Assembly: GCA_040879385.1 (NCBI GenBank)
Contig: JBBDKM010000029.1
Coordinates: 27,661 to 91,660 of the forward strand
Direction: 5' to 3'
DNA length: 64,000 bases
Source of the DNA: Thermoanaerobaculia bacterium
Lineage (GTDB): Bacteria > Acidobacteriota > Thermoanaerobaculia > UBA5066 > Gp7-AA6
Shown here in pieces: positions 8,693-18,756 of this stretch; positions within the stretch are counted from its first letter, which is position 1, and every line of letters starts with the position of its first letter. The notes beneath the pieces are model-generated. The model saw only the letters and a list, made by a program, of their open reading frames with translations. It did no database searches and was not told the DNA's origin. Made by a program: the position numbers and the translations under genes.

Positions 8693-10524
8693 GCGACCGC
8701 GGGGAAGCGCACGTGGAACGTGCTCCCCTTTCCGACCTCGCTTTCGACCTCCACGGCGGCCCCGTGGAGCTGCGCGATGTGCTTGACGATCGCCAGCCCC
8801 AGGCCCGTTCCCGGCCTCTGCTTGGAGCGCGAACGGTCGACCTGGTAGAAGCGCTGGAAGATGCGGTCCTGCTCCGATTTCGGGATGCCCGGCCCGAAGT
8901 CGGACACCGAGAAGCCGGGACGCCCCGCCTCGCGCGAGACCCGCACGGTGACGGGCGCCCCGGACGGGGAGAACTTGACGGCGTTGTCGAGCAGGTTGCG
9001 GGCGAGCTGCCCCAGGCGCCGCCGATCGCCGACGGCCGACAGAGCCGGGTCCCCCGACACGACGACGTCGACGGACTTTTCCCGCGCCGCGCCCCCGAGG
9101 TCCTCGGCCACCTCCGTCAGGAGCTCGCGCAGGGGCACGGCCTCGCGCTCGAGCGGAACCGCGCCGCTCTCGATCTGGGCCAGGTCCATGAGGTCGTCGA
9201 TCAACTCGCGCATCCGGTCCGCCTGGCGCCGGATGAGCCCGAGGAGCTCCGCCGTTTCCGTCCGATCCGGCTGCGCCTCGGCGAGCGTCTCCGCCGCCGC
9301 CGCGATCGAGGCGATCGGGGTCCGCAGCTCATGCGACACGTCGCCGACGAACGTGCGCCGCATCGATTCGGTCCGCTCGAGCCGCGTCACGTCGCGGACA
9401 ACGCCCACGGCCGCCGCGCGGTGGCCCTCCGGCAGCGCGGCCACCGAGATCTGCCAGACGCGCTCCTCCGGAAGATGAACCGTCCGTTCCGAGATCTCGC
9501 CCGATTTGACGGTTGCCTCGAAGCAGTCGTAGAGGGCCCGTTCCCGCAGGACCTCGTAGACGCCCCGGCCAGCGGGGGCCGCGACGCCCGTCATGGCGGA
9601 GAAACGCGCGTTGCACTCGAGCACGCGGAGCCTCGCGTCGACGACCACGAGGCCGTCCGGGAGAGTCTCGAAGACCATGGCCGCCAGCCGGCGCTCTGCC
9701 TCCGCCCGCTCGAGTGCCTGGTTCAGCGAATCCTTCATGCGCTGCACGGCACCCGAGAGCAGCCGCACCTCTTCTCCCCCGGAGCTCGGCAGGTCGCGGG
9801 CGAAGTCGCCTGCGGCCACGGCCGACGCCGCCCGCGTCAGCTCCTCGACGGGCCCGGAGAGACGCCGGGCGGCGACCGTACCGATGAGAAAGAGCAGAAC
9901 GCACGCCCCCACGACCGCCGCACGCATCGACCACAGCTGGGACTCCTCGATCCGGCGCACGTGGTCCGCGGAAACCGCGACCCGGAGCACCCGGCCGTCG
10001 GGCAAGAGCCGCGCCGAATAGATCATCGGCGTCCGTGTCGTCGCGGACAGTCTCCGCGCCGCGCCCCGCCCGCGCGCGCGCGCCGCGCCCACTTCCTCGC
10101 GGCCATTGTGGTTCTCGATGGCCGCCACGTCACTCCGAGAGAGACCCGTCTCGTGGAGCACGCGGCCGTCCGGCGCGATGACCGTGATACGCAGCGACAG
10201 CCGAGTCGCCGCGCCGCGCAGGACCGCATCGAGTTCGCCCTCGGTCAGCCCGCTCCAACGCGACGCGTCGTCGGCGAGGTGATCGCGCTCCTGGTCCAGG
10301 CGTTCGGTGACCCTTTCCTCGACCGCGCGCCGAACCGTCCCCTCCAGGAGAAGAACCAGCGCGACGGCCGCAGCCGCGGACAGGACGCCGAAGATCAAAA
10401 CGAAACGCGACGGAAGCTTCACGGGAGAATGGAACTGCGCGTTTCGAAGCTCGAGACCCTCATTTGGCGGCGGCCTCGCGATAGCGGTAGCCGAGGCCGA
10501 CGACGGTCTCGATCCTCTCATCAC
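8689..10524 (-). CDS. phoR: phosphate regulon sensor histidine kinase PhoR-like (TM-HAMP-PAS-HisKA-HATPase)
   Basis: H-box VSHELRTPIASI, PAS segment, N/G boxes (LLDNAVKFSP, GTGLGLAIVKHI). Lies directly after phoB. The ATG at 10524 overlaps phoB by 65 nt; an in-frame GTG at 10422 is an alternative start. Confidence 0.9.
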   Translation of the reverse strand: MMRGSRPSSASATAIARPPPNEGLELRNAQFHSPVKLPSRFVLIFGVLSAAAAVALVLLLEGTVRRAVEERVTERLDQERDHLADDASRWSGLTEGELDAVLRGAATRLSLRITVIAPDGRVLHETGLSRSDVAAIENHNGREEVGAARARGRGAARRLSATTRTPMIYSARLLPDGRVLRVAVSADHVRRIEESQLWSMRAAVVGACVLLFLIGTVAARRLSGPVEELTRAASAVAAGDFARDLPSSGGEEVRLLSGAVQRMKDSLNQALERAEAERRLAAMVFETLPDGLVVVDARLRVLECNARFSAMTGVAAPAGRGVYEVLRERALYDCFEATVKSGEISERTVHLPEERVWQISVAALPEGHRAAAVGVVRDVTRLERTESMRRTFVGDVSHELRTPIASIAAAAETLAEAQPDRTETAELLGLIRRQADRMRELIDDLMDLAQIESGAVPLEREAVPLRELLTEVAEDLGGAAREKSVDVVVSGDPALSAVGDRRRLGQLARNLLDNAVKFSPSGAPVTVRVSREAGRPGFSVSDFGPGIPKSEQDRIFQRFYQVDRSRSKQRPGTGLGLAIVKHIAQLHGAAVEVESEVGKGSTFHVRFPAVA

Positions 10525-11218
10525 CGAGCTTGCGGCGCAGGGCGCGGATGTGGACGTCCACGGTCCGCGTCTCCACGTCGGCGTCGTAGTCCCAGAGACG
10601 CGCCAGGATGGCGTCTCGCGTCACGACGCGGTTGCGGTTGCGGATGAGGAGCCACAGAAGGTCGAATTCCTTCTTCGTGAGGTGCACCCGCTCGCCCCGG
10701 AGCGTCACCTCGAACCGGGCGCGGTCGACGTGAAGCTCTCCGTCGCGAAAGACCTCTTCCTCGGAGGTCTCGAAGGAGGCGACGCGCCGCAGGTGGGCAT
10801 GGACGCGCGCGAGGAGCTCGCGCATCGAGAAGGGTTTGGTGATGTAGTCGTCGGCCCCGATCTCGAAGCCGAGCAGCTTGTCTCGTTCCTCGACCCGGGC
10901 CGTCAGCATGATGATCGGGATGCGCTTGGTCTCGTCGACGCGGCGCAGCTCGCGGCACAGCGCCAGGCCGTCGATATCCGGCAGGTTGAGGTCCAGGATC
11001 ACGAGGTCGAAGGGCTTCTCCTGGACAGCGGCGAGCGCCGCGATCCCCGAGACGTAGTGCTCGACCTGGTAGCGCTTCTCCTTGCGGAGATTCAGCCGGA
11101 TCGTGTACGCGATGTCGGCGTCGTCCTCGATCAGCGCGATCCGCTTCATCGCGACGGGCTGCGCCTCGCCGTGGGATCCCGTCGCTCCGTCGCGTCCCTT
11201 GCTTGCCACCGTCTTCAT
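10460..11218 (-). CDS. phoB: phosphate regulon response regulator PhoB (OmpR family)
   Basis: Receiver domain (DLVILDLNLPDIDG, ITKPF) plus winged-helix domain (LTKKEFDLLWLL, VDVHIRALRRKL, GLGYRY). The ATG at 11218 has the RBS GGAGAGAGAATA. An alternative ATG at 11159 gives the canonical MKRIALIEDD N-terminus. Confidence 0.9.
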   Translation of the reverse strand: MKTVASKGRDGATGSHGEAQPVAMKRIALIEDDADIAYTIRLNLRKEKRYQVEHYVSGIAALAAVQEKPFDLVILDLNLPDIDGLALCRELRRVDETKRIPIIMLTARVEERDKLLGFEIGADDYITKPFSMRELLARVHAHLRRVASFETSEEEVFRDGELHVDRARFEVTLRGERVHLTKKEFDLLWLLIRNRNRVVTRDAILARLWDYDADVETRTVDVHIRALRRKLGDERIETVVGLGYRYREAAAK

Positions 11219-11234
11219 TATTCTCTCTCCTGGC

Positions 11235-12116
11235 CTATCCGAACCGGCCGGTGATGTAGTCCTCGGTGATCTTCTGGCCAGGGTTGGTGAAGATCTTCTC
11301 GGTGCGGTCGTACTCCACCATCCGGCCCAGCATGAAAAACGCCGTCACCTCCGAGACGCGCGCCGCCTGCTGCATGTTGTGCGTCACGATGATGATCGTG
11401 AAGTCCTTCTTCAAGTCGTAGATGAGCTCCTCGACCTTGGACGTGGCGATCGGGTCCAGCGCCGAACAGGGCTCGTCCAGGAGAACGACCTCGGGCTTGA
11501 CCGCGATCGCACGCGCGATGCAGAGGCGCTGCATCTGGCCGCCGGACAGGGAAAGCCCGCTCTCCTGGAGGCGGTCCTTGACCTCGTCCCAGAGGGCCGC
11601 ATCGCGAAGCGACCGCTCGCAGGCCTCGTCGAGGGTCGCCTTGTCCCGCACGCCCTGGATCCGGAGGCCGTAGACGACATTCTCGTAAATCGACTTCGGA
11701 AACGGATTCGACTTCTGGAAGACCATGCCGAAACGCTTGCGCAGCTCGGTCACGTCGACCTTCGGGGCGTAAATGTCCTCACCGTCGAAGAGCACCTTCC
11801 CTTCGATACGGACGCCGTCGATGATGTCGTTCATGCGGTTCAAGCACCGCAGGAGCGTCGATTTTCCGCAGCCGGACGGGCCGATCAGCGCCGTGACCTT
11901 CTTCTCGTGGAACCCGATCGAGATGTCGTAGAGAGCCTGCTTCGCCCCGTAGAAGAGGTTGAGATTCTGGACGTCCAGCACGAGCCGGCCCTTCGAGACC
12001 GCCGCGCCGTCCGCGGCTCCGGGCTCGGAGTGGGCGGCTGCGCCCGTCTCGGGTCGGCGCGTCGCGAGAGTTTCTGGCGAAGCGGGAGCCATCGTTTCCA
12101 TGTCTTCGTTCTTCAT
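11235..12116 (-). CDS. pstB: phosphate ABC transporter ATP-binding protein PstB
   Basis: Walker [10 protein letters not shown], signature LSGGQMQRL, Walker B VVLLDEP. The ATG overlaps the pstA stop (ATGA-type junction at 12116). The longer track ORF upstream is artefact. Confidence 0.95.
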   Translation of the reverse strand: MKNEDMETMAPASPETLATRRPETGAAAHSEPGAADGAAVSKGRLVLDVQNLNLFYGAKQALYDISIGFHEKKVTALIGPSGCGKSTLLRCLNRMNDIIDGVRIEGKVLFDGEDIYAPKVDVTELRKRFGMVFQKSNPFPKSIYENVVYGLRIQGVRDKATLDEACERSLRDAALWDEVKDRLQESGLSLSGGQMQRLCIARAIAVKPEVVLLDEPCSALDPIATSKVEELIYDLKKDFTIIIVTHNMQQAARVSEVTAFFMLGRMVEYDRTEKIFTNPGQKITEDYITGRFG

Positions 12117-13762
12117 CAGAACGTCGCCGAGCGAAGCTTTCGCCTCAGGCGCTCCCGGACGAGGATGGCGGTCAGGTTGAGCGCGACGACAACGAACAGC
12201 AGCAGCAGGGTCGTCATGTACACCATCGGCTTCGCGGCCTCGACGTTGGGCGACTGGAAGCCGACGTCGTAGATGTGAAAGCCCAGGTGCATGAACTTGC
12301 GTTCCAGGTGGAAGAACGGGAAGTTGGCGTCCAGCGGAAGCTCCGGCGCGAGCTTGACGACGCCCGTGATCATCAACGGGGCGACCTCGCCGGCGCCGCG
12401 CGCCATCGCGAGGATCAGGCCCGTCAGAATCCCGGGCAGCGCGGCCGGGAGGACGACGCGGCGGATCGTCTGCCACTTGGTCGCCCCGAGCGCATACGAG
12501 CCCTCGCGGGCGCCGCGGGGAACGGCCGCCAGCGATTCCTCCGTAGCCACGATGACGACGGGCACCGTCAGGAGCGCCAGCGTCAGCGAGGCCCAGAGAA
12601 TGCCGCCGGTCTTGAAGGTCGGATCGGGAAGGCGCGCCGAGTAGAAGAGCTTGTCGATCGCGCCTCCGGTCAGGTAGACGAAGAACCCGAGGCCGAAGAC
12701 GCCGAAAACGATCGAAGGCACACCCGCGAGGTTGTTCACGGCGATGCGCACGGCGCGCACGAGCGGCCCCTGCCGGGCGTACTCCCGCAGGTACAGGGCC
12801 GCGATGACGCCGAACGGCATGACGGCCGCGCTCATCAGGATCACCATCATGACGGTTCCGAAGATCGCGGGGAAAACGCCGCCCTCCGTGTTCGACTCGC
12901 GGGGCTCGCCCGACACGAACTCCCACAGCCGGGACAGATAGACGCCGAGCTTCTGGAACAGGTTCAGGCCGTTGGGCCGGAAGAACCGAACGACGGCCGA
13001 AACCGGGATCGTCTTCTCGGTCCCGTTGGCGTCGGCGAAGGTGACTTTGTCCTTCTCGTTCTCCGCGATGAGCGCTTCGGCCTTCTCGCGCAGCGCCTTG
13101 TAGCTTTCCTGCAGCTCCTCGATCTGCCGCCCGAGCCCGGCGAGCTTGCCCTGCGTGGCCGGGCTCTTCTTCGGGTCCTCTCGCTCGAGCTCTTTGATGG
13201 CGATTCGCTTGCGCTCGAGCTCGTAGTTGACGCCGCCGATCTCTCTCTGTTCGATCCGTTGAATCTCCTTCACGCGGGCGCGTGCGGATTTCAGCAGCCC
13301 TTGAAGAATCGCGAAACGCGCCGGATCGGACGGGCCCACCGTCCTGCCGCTGGCCTCCGCGATCCGGACGAGGAACCCCTGGAACGGTCCGTACTCCTGC
13401 CGCTCCACGAGCACGGCGTCGGGCGCAACGCCGCGTGACGCGATCTCTGCCTGCGGGATCCACCGGAAGTCCAGGCCGTACAGATCCCGGTTGGCGAGAC
13501 GCACCTGCAGGCGCTCGCCGGGAGTGGGACTCTCCGTGGTCGCCGGGATCTCCTCGCGCGAGAGCTCTTCGACGACGTACTTCCTGCCGTCCTCGAGCGT
13601 CAGCTCCACGAGGGGGCGCGGCCAGAAGACGACGAGCCCGCGGGACGCGACGAGGAGCACGATCCCGACGATCATCAGGAGGCAGGCCGCGAGGGCCGCG
13701 CCCGTCAGCCAGATGAAGACCGCCCCCGATTCGCGCTGGCCCCCGCTCTCGGTGAAGCCCAT
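12116..13762 (-). CDS. pstA: phosphate ABC transporter permease PstA, long form (548 aa) with ~245-aa extracytoplasmic insert containing a coiled-coil segment
   Basis: Starts MGFTESGG... One TM helix, then an insert (…[32 protein letters not shown]…[27 protein letters not shown]…), then the canonical PstA core (…[26 protein letters not shown]…). Start overlaps the pstC stop at 13762. Confidence 0.9.
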   Translation of the reverse strand: MGFTESGGQRESGAVFIWLTGAALAACLLMIVGIVLLVASRGLVVFWPRPLVELTLEDGRKYVVEELSREEIPATTESPTPGERLQVRLANRDLYGLDFRWIPQAEIASRGVAPDAVLVERQEYGPFQGFLVRIAEASGRTVGPSDPARFAILQGLLKSARARVKEIQRIEQREIGGVNYELERKRIAIKELEREDPKKSPATQGKLAGLGRQIEELQESYKALREKAEALIAENEKDKVTFADANGTEKTIPVSAVVRFFRPNGLNLFQKLGVYLSRLWEFVSGEPRESNTEGGVFPAIFGTVMMVILMSAAVMPFGVIAALYLREYARQGPLVRAVRIAVNNLAGVPSIVFGVFGLGFFVYLTGGAIDKLFYSARLPDPTFKTGGILWASLTLALLTVPVVIVATEESLAAVPRGAREGSYALGATKWQTIRRVVLPAALPGILTGLILAMARGAGEVAPLMITGVVKLAPELPLDANFPFFHLERKFMHLGFHIYDVGFQSPNVEAAKPMVYMTTLLLLFVVVALNLTAILVRERLRRKLRSATF

Positions 13763-16053
13763 CAGATGACCTCGTACTTCTTCCGAAGGCGCTGGCGAAC
13801 GATCTCCGCCGCCGTATTCACGAGAAACGTCATCGCGAAGAGAATCGCCGCCGCGAAGAACAGCACACGGTAGAGAGTTCCTCCGAAAGGCGCTTCCGGG
13901 ATCTCGACGGCGATGTTGGCCGAAAGCGTCCGCATGCCGTTGAAGATGGACCACTCCATGATGGGCGTGTTGCCGGTCGCCATGAGGACGATCATCGTCT
14001 CGCCCACCGCGCGCCCGAACCCGATCATCACCGCCGAGAAAACCCCGGGAGACGCCGTGGGCACGACGACCCGGGTCGCCGTCTGCCAGCGCGAGGCCCC
14101 GAGGGCGAGGCTCGCCGCCGAGAGGTGCGCGGGGACGTTGGAGAACGCATCCTCGCTGATCGTGAAGATGATCGGAATGACGGCGAACCCCATCGCGAAG
14201 CCGATGATGATCGAGTTGCGGGGGTCGTACCGGAGCTGCCAGTTCTGGAAGAGCCAGCTCTTGAAGTCGCCGCCGAAGGCCGTCTGCTCGAACCACGGCC
14301 CGATCCGGTAGGCGATCCAGGCCGCCAGGATGACGACTGCCACGAGGACGACCATCTCCCACAGCCGGCCGAAGCGCGTGCGGGCTGCCCGCGGAAGAGC
14401 CTGGAAGCCGATCGCCGCTGCAACCACGACGAGCGGCACGACGGGAAGAAGAAGGAGCGTGCCCACCGTCGTGCGCTCGACGAGGGGGGCGAGCCACAGG
14501 CCCGCCAGAAACCCGATCACGACCGAGGGGAGCGCCGCCATGATCTCCACGATCGGCTTGACGAATCGCCGAACGGCGGGCGCCGCGAAGACCGCCGCGT
14601 AGAGGGCCGCGCCCAGGGCGACCGGAATCGCGAAGAGCAGCGCGTAGACGGTCGCCTTGAGCGTTCCGAAGATCAGCGGCGTCAGCGAAAGTTTGGGCTC
14701 GAAGTCGTCCGTTCCCCCCGTCGACTGCCACGAGTATTGGGGCTCGTCGTACCCCTCGTACCAGACCTTGCCGAAAAGGGACTTCAGTGTCGTCTCGGGA
14801 TGAGGATTCGAGATCGCCCACGTGGACAGCACTCCGTTCCCCGAGACCGTGAAGAGACCGTCGCCCTGCCCCGTGATGCCGGCGTCGATCGCGGGCGCGC
14901 CCCGGCCCGGGAAGCGAAGCAGCGTTTCCTCCGTCGTGTTGTAACGCAGCCAGATGCCGCCCTTCGCGTCCGCCGTGACGAAGCACTTGTTCCGCGTCGA
15001 GATGCCGATCGCCGTCACCGCGGCCGGCATCGGGTCGAAGACGTGGATCTTCCGAAAGAGGCGGAGATTCGGGTTCTCGGGCGTTCGCACGCGAAACCAG
15101 GACGAGACGCGTCCCTTCTCGTCGCCGAACACGATCGACTGGCCGCCGAGCACGAAAGCCAGGGCGGTGACGGGCGCCGGATCTTCCGGCTCGACGACGA
15201 GGAGATCGGCAGGCGTCATCACGCCCTCGGCGTCGATGGACAGGGGGAGAAACGTCCCCACGGAGGTCGCCGCGACGGCTTCCTGCCCCGTGTCGCCGAC
15301 GGCGATGCCGGTGACCTTCGCGCCGTTGAGACGGCCGGACAGGTCCTCGAGCACGGGCTTCGAAGGCTCGGCCCCCGGCAGCGCGTCGCCTTCCTCGGAT
15401 TCCTCGGGCAACTTCGCGGCCGTCAGGTCGGAGGCGCCCGAGGAGCCGAGCAGCAGGTTGCCCCAGTCCTCGCGCGCCGCGGCAACGAAGCGGACCGGCG
15501 TGCCGGCCGGCAGGAGCTGGACCTCGGCCGTCTGGCGTACGTCGAAGTTCGAGGTGCGGCCCTGAGGCGCAAAATCCACGCGCAGTCGTGCCGAGAGGGC
15601 GACGGCGCGGCCATCCTCGAAGCCCACGGCCAGGTAGTCGCGGCTGGCGATGCGACCGACCGAGGTCACCCGTTTGCCTCCGGAGCCGGGGACGGGAATG
15701 GTGCGCCCGACCCTCGCCGTCTTGCGGTCCACCTGCTGGAAGACGCCCGAGGCGCGCAGTACCACGAAAATCTCGCGGTACGGATCGGCGATGACGGTCA
15801 GGATCGGATCGCTCGCCGCCGTGGCGAACTTCAGAGCGCTCTCCGGCTTCCCCTTCGCCCCCTCCCAGATGGGGACCGACTCGGCTCCGATGAGGATGAG
15901 AATGAGAAAGACCGCGAGGACGACCGCGATACCGCCGCCCACGATGACGGCGCGCGCGATCTTGTCGGCGCGCTTGACCCAGCGCCGCGTTTCCTGGAGC
16001 TTCCTCGCGGGCTCGGGCTCCGGCTCGACTTTCGGCTGGGGGGCAGGCGCCAC
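13762..16053 (-). CDS. pstC: phosphate ABC transporter permease PstC, long form (763 aa) with ~400-aa N-terminal extracytoplasmic domain
   Basis: GTG start at 16053 preceded by AGGAGG. One TM helix ([25 protein letters not shown]), a large soluble domain, then the canonical PstC core (…[28 protein letters not shown]…). Confidence 0.9.
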   Translation of the reverse strand: MAPAPQPKVEPEPEPARKLQETRRWVKRADKIARAVIVGGGIAVVLAVFLILILIGAESVPIWEGAKGKPESALKFATAASDPILTVIADPYREIFVVLRASGVFQQVDRKTARVGRTIPVPGSGGKRVTSVGRIASRDYLAVGFEDGRAVALSARLRVDFAPQGRTSNFDVRQTAEVQLLPAGTPVRFVAAAREDWGNLLLGSSGASDLTAAKLPEESEEGDALPGAEPSKPVLEDLSGRLNGAKVTGIAVGDTGQEAVAATSVGTFLPLSIDAEGVMTPADLLVVEPEDPAPVTALAFVLGGQSIVFGDEKGRVSSWFRVRTPENPNLRLFRKIHVFDPMPAAVTAIGISTRNKCFVTADAKGGIWLRYNTTEETLLRFPGRGAPAIDAGITGQGDGLFTVSGNGVLSTWAISNPHPETTLKSLFGKVWYEGYDEPQYSWQSTGGTDDFEPKLSLTPLIFGTLKATVYALLFAIPVALGAALYAAVFAAPAVRRFVKPIVEIMAALPSVVIGFLAGLWLAPLVERTTVGTLLLLPVVPLVVVAAAIGFQALPRAARTRFGRLWEMVVLVAVVILAAWIAYRIGPWFEQTAFGGDFKSWLFQNWQLRYDPRNSIIIGFAMGFAVIPIIFTISEDAFSNVPAHLSAASLALGASRWQTATRVVVPTASPGVFSAVMIGFGRAVGETMIVLMATGNTPIMEWSIFNGMRTLSANIAVEIPEAPFGGTLYRVLFFAAAILFAMTFLVNTAAEIVRQRLRKKYEVI

Positions 16054-16080
16054 GGTCCCTCCTGAAGCGGTGAAATCAGG

Positions 16081-16107
16081 GCCGGCGGCCCGATGGAGGC
16101 CGCCGGC
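16081..16107 (-). other. intercistronic 10-bp GC stem-loop between pstS and pstC
   Basis: GCCGGCGGCC-cgatgga-GGCCGCCGGC, a perfect stem in the 71-nt pstS-pstC spacer. Confidence 0.55.
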
Positions 16108-16124
16108 TCGAACGGGAACCGCGA

Positions 16125-17114
16125 CTACTGGAGCTTGCGAAGTTCCTCAGCGGACACCTTGGCCGGGATCGGGAAGTAGCCGTCCTTGACGACGACCTCC
16201 TGCCCTTCCTTCGAGATCGCGAACTTCAGGAACTCGCGGGTCAGAGGCGAGATCCTGGCCTCGCCGGACTTGAACGGATCGATGGAAACGTAGACGTAGA
16301 GATACCGTGCGAGCGGGTACTTGCCGGACAGCACGTTCTCGTAGCTTTCGGCATAGAACGGCTCTCCCGCCTTCTTCGCGACCTTGATCGCCCTGACGTT
16401 GGAGGTCGTGTAGCCGATGCCCGAGTATCCGACCGCGTACTTGTCCTCGGAGACGCCCTGGACGACCGAGGCGGAGCCGGGCTGCTCTTTGACGGAATCC
16501 TTGTAGTCCCCCTTGAAAAGCGCGACTTCCTTGAAAAAGCCGTAGGTGCCGGACGCCGAGTTGCGGCCGTAGATCGAGATCGGCTTGTTGGCCCACTCCC
16601 CCGTCAACCCCACCTGGCCCCAGGTCGTGACGTCCTCTTTGTAGCCGCCCTTGCGGGTCTTCGAAAAGATCGCGTCGACCTGCTCGAGGGTCAGCTCGGT
16701 CAGCGGGTTGTCCTTGTTGACGTACACCGCGATCCCGTCCAGGGCCGTTCGGATTCCGGTCGGAGGAAAGCCGAATTTGGCCTCGAACTTGTCGATTTCC
16801 TCCTTCTTCATCTTGCGCGACATCGGGCCGAGCTGCGCCGTGCCTTCGATCAGGGCCGGGGGGGCCGTGGAGGATCCCTTGCCCTCGACCTGCACCTTCA
16901 CGTTGGGGTAGTACTTGCGGAAGCCCTCCGCCCACAGAGTCGCGAGGTTGTTCATCGTGTCGCTGCCGATGGAAGAGAGATTGCCCGAGACGCCGGCCGT
17001 TTTCTGATAGACGGTCAGCTTCGGATCCACTTGCAGAGCGCCCTCGGCGGCCAGCAGGACGCCGGCAGCGCCGACGGCGGCGGCGGCCAGACCCAGCTTG
17101 CGAAGTCCCTTCAT
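16125..17114 (-). CDS. pstS: phosphate ABC transporter substrate-binding protein PstS
   Basis: Starts MKGLRKLGLAAAAVGAAG (signal peptide) after the RBS AAGGAG. PBP-type blocks SIGSDTMNNL, GKGSSTAPPALIEG, SASGTYGFF, GYSGIGY. Confidence 0.95.
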   Translation of the reverse strand: MKGLRKLGLAAAAVGAAGVLLAAEGALQVDPKLTVYQKTAGVSGNLSSIGSDTMNNLATLWAEGFRKYYPNVKVQVEGKGSSTAPPALIEGTAQLGPMSRKMKKEEIDKFEAKFGFPPTGIRTALDGIAVYVNKDNPLTELTLEQVDAIFSKTRKGGYKEDVTTWGQVGLTGEWANKPISIYGRNSASGTYGFFKEVALFKGDYKDSVKEQPGSASVVQGVSEDKYAVGYSGIGYTTSNVRAIKVAKKAGEPFYAESYENVLSGKYPLARYLYVYVSIDPFKSGEARISPLTREFLKFAISKEGQEVVVKDGYFPIPAKVSAEELRKLQ

Positions 17115-17140
17115 GATTGGCTCCTTGTTCACGCGTTCAG

Positions 17141-17181
17141 TGTGAAGTTTTCGTGTAAGACACGTTTGAAGTTGGCGTAAA
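17141..17181 (-). promoter_or_regulatory. putative Pho box array upstream of pstS
   Basis: Coding strand reads TTTACG-ccaac-TTCAAA-cgtgtc-TTACAC-gaaaac-TTCACA, ending 26 nt before the ATG (the RBS AAGGAG lies in between). Confidence 0.55.
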
Positions 17182-17199
17182 GCTCCCTGGAAAAGTCGG

Positions 17200-18597
17200 C
17201 TAGAAAAGCAGCTGCGCCTGGACCCGCAATTCCTTGTCATTCTTTGGCTTCTCGCCGTTTGCGCCGTTGGCGTTCTGGTCCCTGATCTGGCCGTAGTCGG
17301 CCTGCAGCTTCCAGTTGTGCCTGTTCATGTACCAGGAAATGGCGCCCCGGATCTCCTTGCGCAGGTCATTATCCCGGTTGGTGTTCGGATCGATCTGCGC
17401 GTAACGCCCGGCGATCTCGAGCTTCTCCGGAATTACGAGGACGCCGGCCTGAGCCGTAAAACCGTTCGAGCGCGTTCGGGCGTTCGCAATATTCCGCACG
17501 GTCTGCGAGTAATACTCGCCGTAGACGAACAGAACTCGCGCCGCCTTGATCACCAGGCTCGCGCCGAGCTCCCTCTCCGTATCCGTTCCGGTCGGAGGAT
17601 CGGTCGTGAGCACCTTCCGGTTGTTGTTGTTGTACTCGACCGCGACCGCCATCCGGAAGTCGTAGCTCTCCAGGTTCGACTCCGAGTAACCCGGGCTTCC
17701 GAACGGGGAGAACGCCAGGCGGGCGACATACTCGTACTTGTCGTTGTCGTTGGCCGCGACGGTGCGGCCGTTGCCGTTGAAGATGGCAAAGCGCCAGTCG
17801 ATCATGTCGGCCACGCCGCCGGGGCCGATCTGGCCCCAGAGCTGCAGGCCGAGCTGCCGGCCCGGAACGAAGAATGCATCCGTGATCGACCGGTCGACGA
17901 ACTGCTGATTTCCGGAAGAGGTCAGCTGCTGCTGAGAGAAGGGCGCCTTGAACTGGCCGATCTTGAGCTGAAAGGCCTTCTTCCCGCCGGTGAAGTCGTA
18001 GTTGATGTTGGCGTCCTGCAGGATGTTCGTCCCGGTCGAGCTGACCTGAGCGACGTCGATCTGCAGCTCGTAGGTCAGCTCCTTGCTGTAGATCCAGCCG
18101 TCCCACTTCATCCGAAACCGGGGAATGCGGAACGAGCCCTTGTCGGACTGCGGGGCGTTGGTGTCCGGATCCTCGTACGTGTAACGGAACTGCGCGCGGT
18201 TGACCCAGTTCATCTCGAACTTCGGGAACGTCAGACGCAGACCCGGCATACGGTACTTGACGTCGAACGGCAGCTTGTAATCGACCGCCTTGACGTCGGT
18301 GGGCGGAGCGTCGGTCTTGCCGTACTTCTTGTTGAACGCGTCGACCGACGCCGGGCCGTCGAACACGACGGTCTCGCCGTTGAGCCCGTAGCCGGGCCGC
18401 GTGACTGTTCCGACCGCGAGCTCCTTCGACGCTTCCCAGGTCTTCTGGGCCTTCTCGGACGAGAACACGTAGATGCGCCCGTCGACCGTGACCTCACGGT
18501 AGTAGGAATCCTGGGCGAGTGCCGGAGCGGAGATCGCGGCAAATGCGATGGCGACAGCCACACACGCGACCCACGCCCTTCGAAATGGATGCTTCAT
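17200..18597 (-). CDS. phosphate-selective porin O/P family outer-membrane protein
   Basis: Starts MKHPFRRAWVACVAVAIAFAAISAPALA (signal peptide) after the RBS GAGGAGG. Beta-barrel-like alternating pattern, C-terminal ...RVQAQLLF. Pho-box array upstream. Confidence 0.88.
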   Translation of the reverse strand: MKHPFRRAWVACVAVAIAFAAISAPALAQDSYYREVTVDGRIYVFSSEKAQKTWEASKELAVGTVTRPGYGLNGETVVFDGPASVDAFNKKYGKTDAPPTDVKAVDYKLPFDVKYRMPGLRLTFPKFEMNWVNRAQFRYTYEDPDTNAPQSDKGSFRIPRFRMKWDGWIYSKELTYELQIDVAQVSSTGTNILQDANINYDFTGGKKAFQLKIGQFKAPFSQQQLTSSGNQQFVDRSITDAFFVPGRQLGLQLWGQIGPGGVADMIDWRFAIFNGNGRTVAANDNDKYEYVARLAFSPFGSPGYSESNLESYDFRMAVAVEYNNNNRKVLTTDPPTGTDTERELGASLVIKAARVLFVYGEYYSQTVRNIANARTRSNGFTAQAGVLVIPEKLEIAGRYAQIDPNTNRDNDLRKEIRGAISWYMNRHNWKLQADYGQIRDQNANGANGEKPKNDKELRVQAQLLF

Positions 18598-18641
18598 GAG
18601 AATCGTCCTCCTCTTTCGAAGGCAGAGTTTCCGTTGAGACG

Positions 18642-18680
18642 GGTCAAGGAGTATGGAAGGCCGCGTAAATTCCATTTGAA
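18642..18680 (-). promoter_or_regulatory. putative Pho box array upstream of the OprO/P porin gene (four hexamers, 11-bp periodicity)
   Basis: Coding strand reads TTCAAA-tggaa-TTTACG-cggcc-TTCCAT-actcc-TTGACC. Hexamers start at plus coordinates 18675, 18664, 18653 and 18642. Confidence 0.6.
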
Positions 18681-18729
18681 GTCGGAGCCCGCCGGTGCGC
18701 CGCACGTTAGTCTCGGGTAGCCGACCGAC

Positions 18730-18756
18730 AAAAAAAGGGCCCCGATTGCTCGGGGC
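18730..18756 (-). terminator. orphan intrinsic-terminator-like hairpin (minus orientation) upstream of the porin promoter
   Basis: Minus strand reads GCCCCG-agcaat-CGGGGC-CC-TTTTTTT. No minus-strand gene lies upstream of it. Confidence 0.5.

Noticed and set aside
11235-14986. 5' extensions of the pstB (to 13463), pstA (to 14986), ppx (to 28186), TPR protein (to 53087), acyltransferase (to 61873) and DUF547 (to 7678) ORFs.
   Set aside because: The extensions overlap the upstream genes in other frames and translate to Arg-rich junk. Internal starts with overlap junctions, RBSs or signal peptides give proteins of normal architecture.
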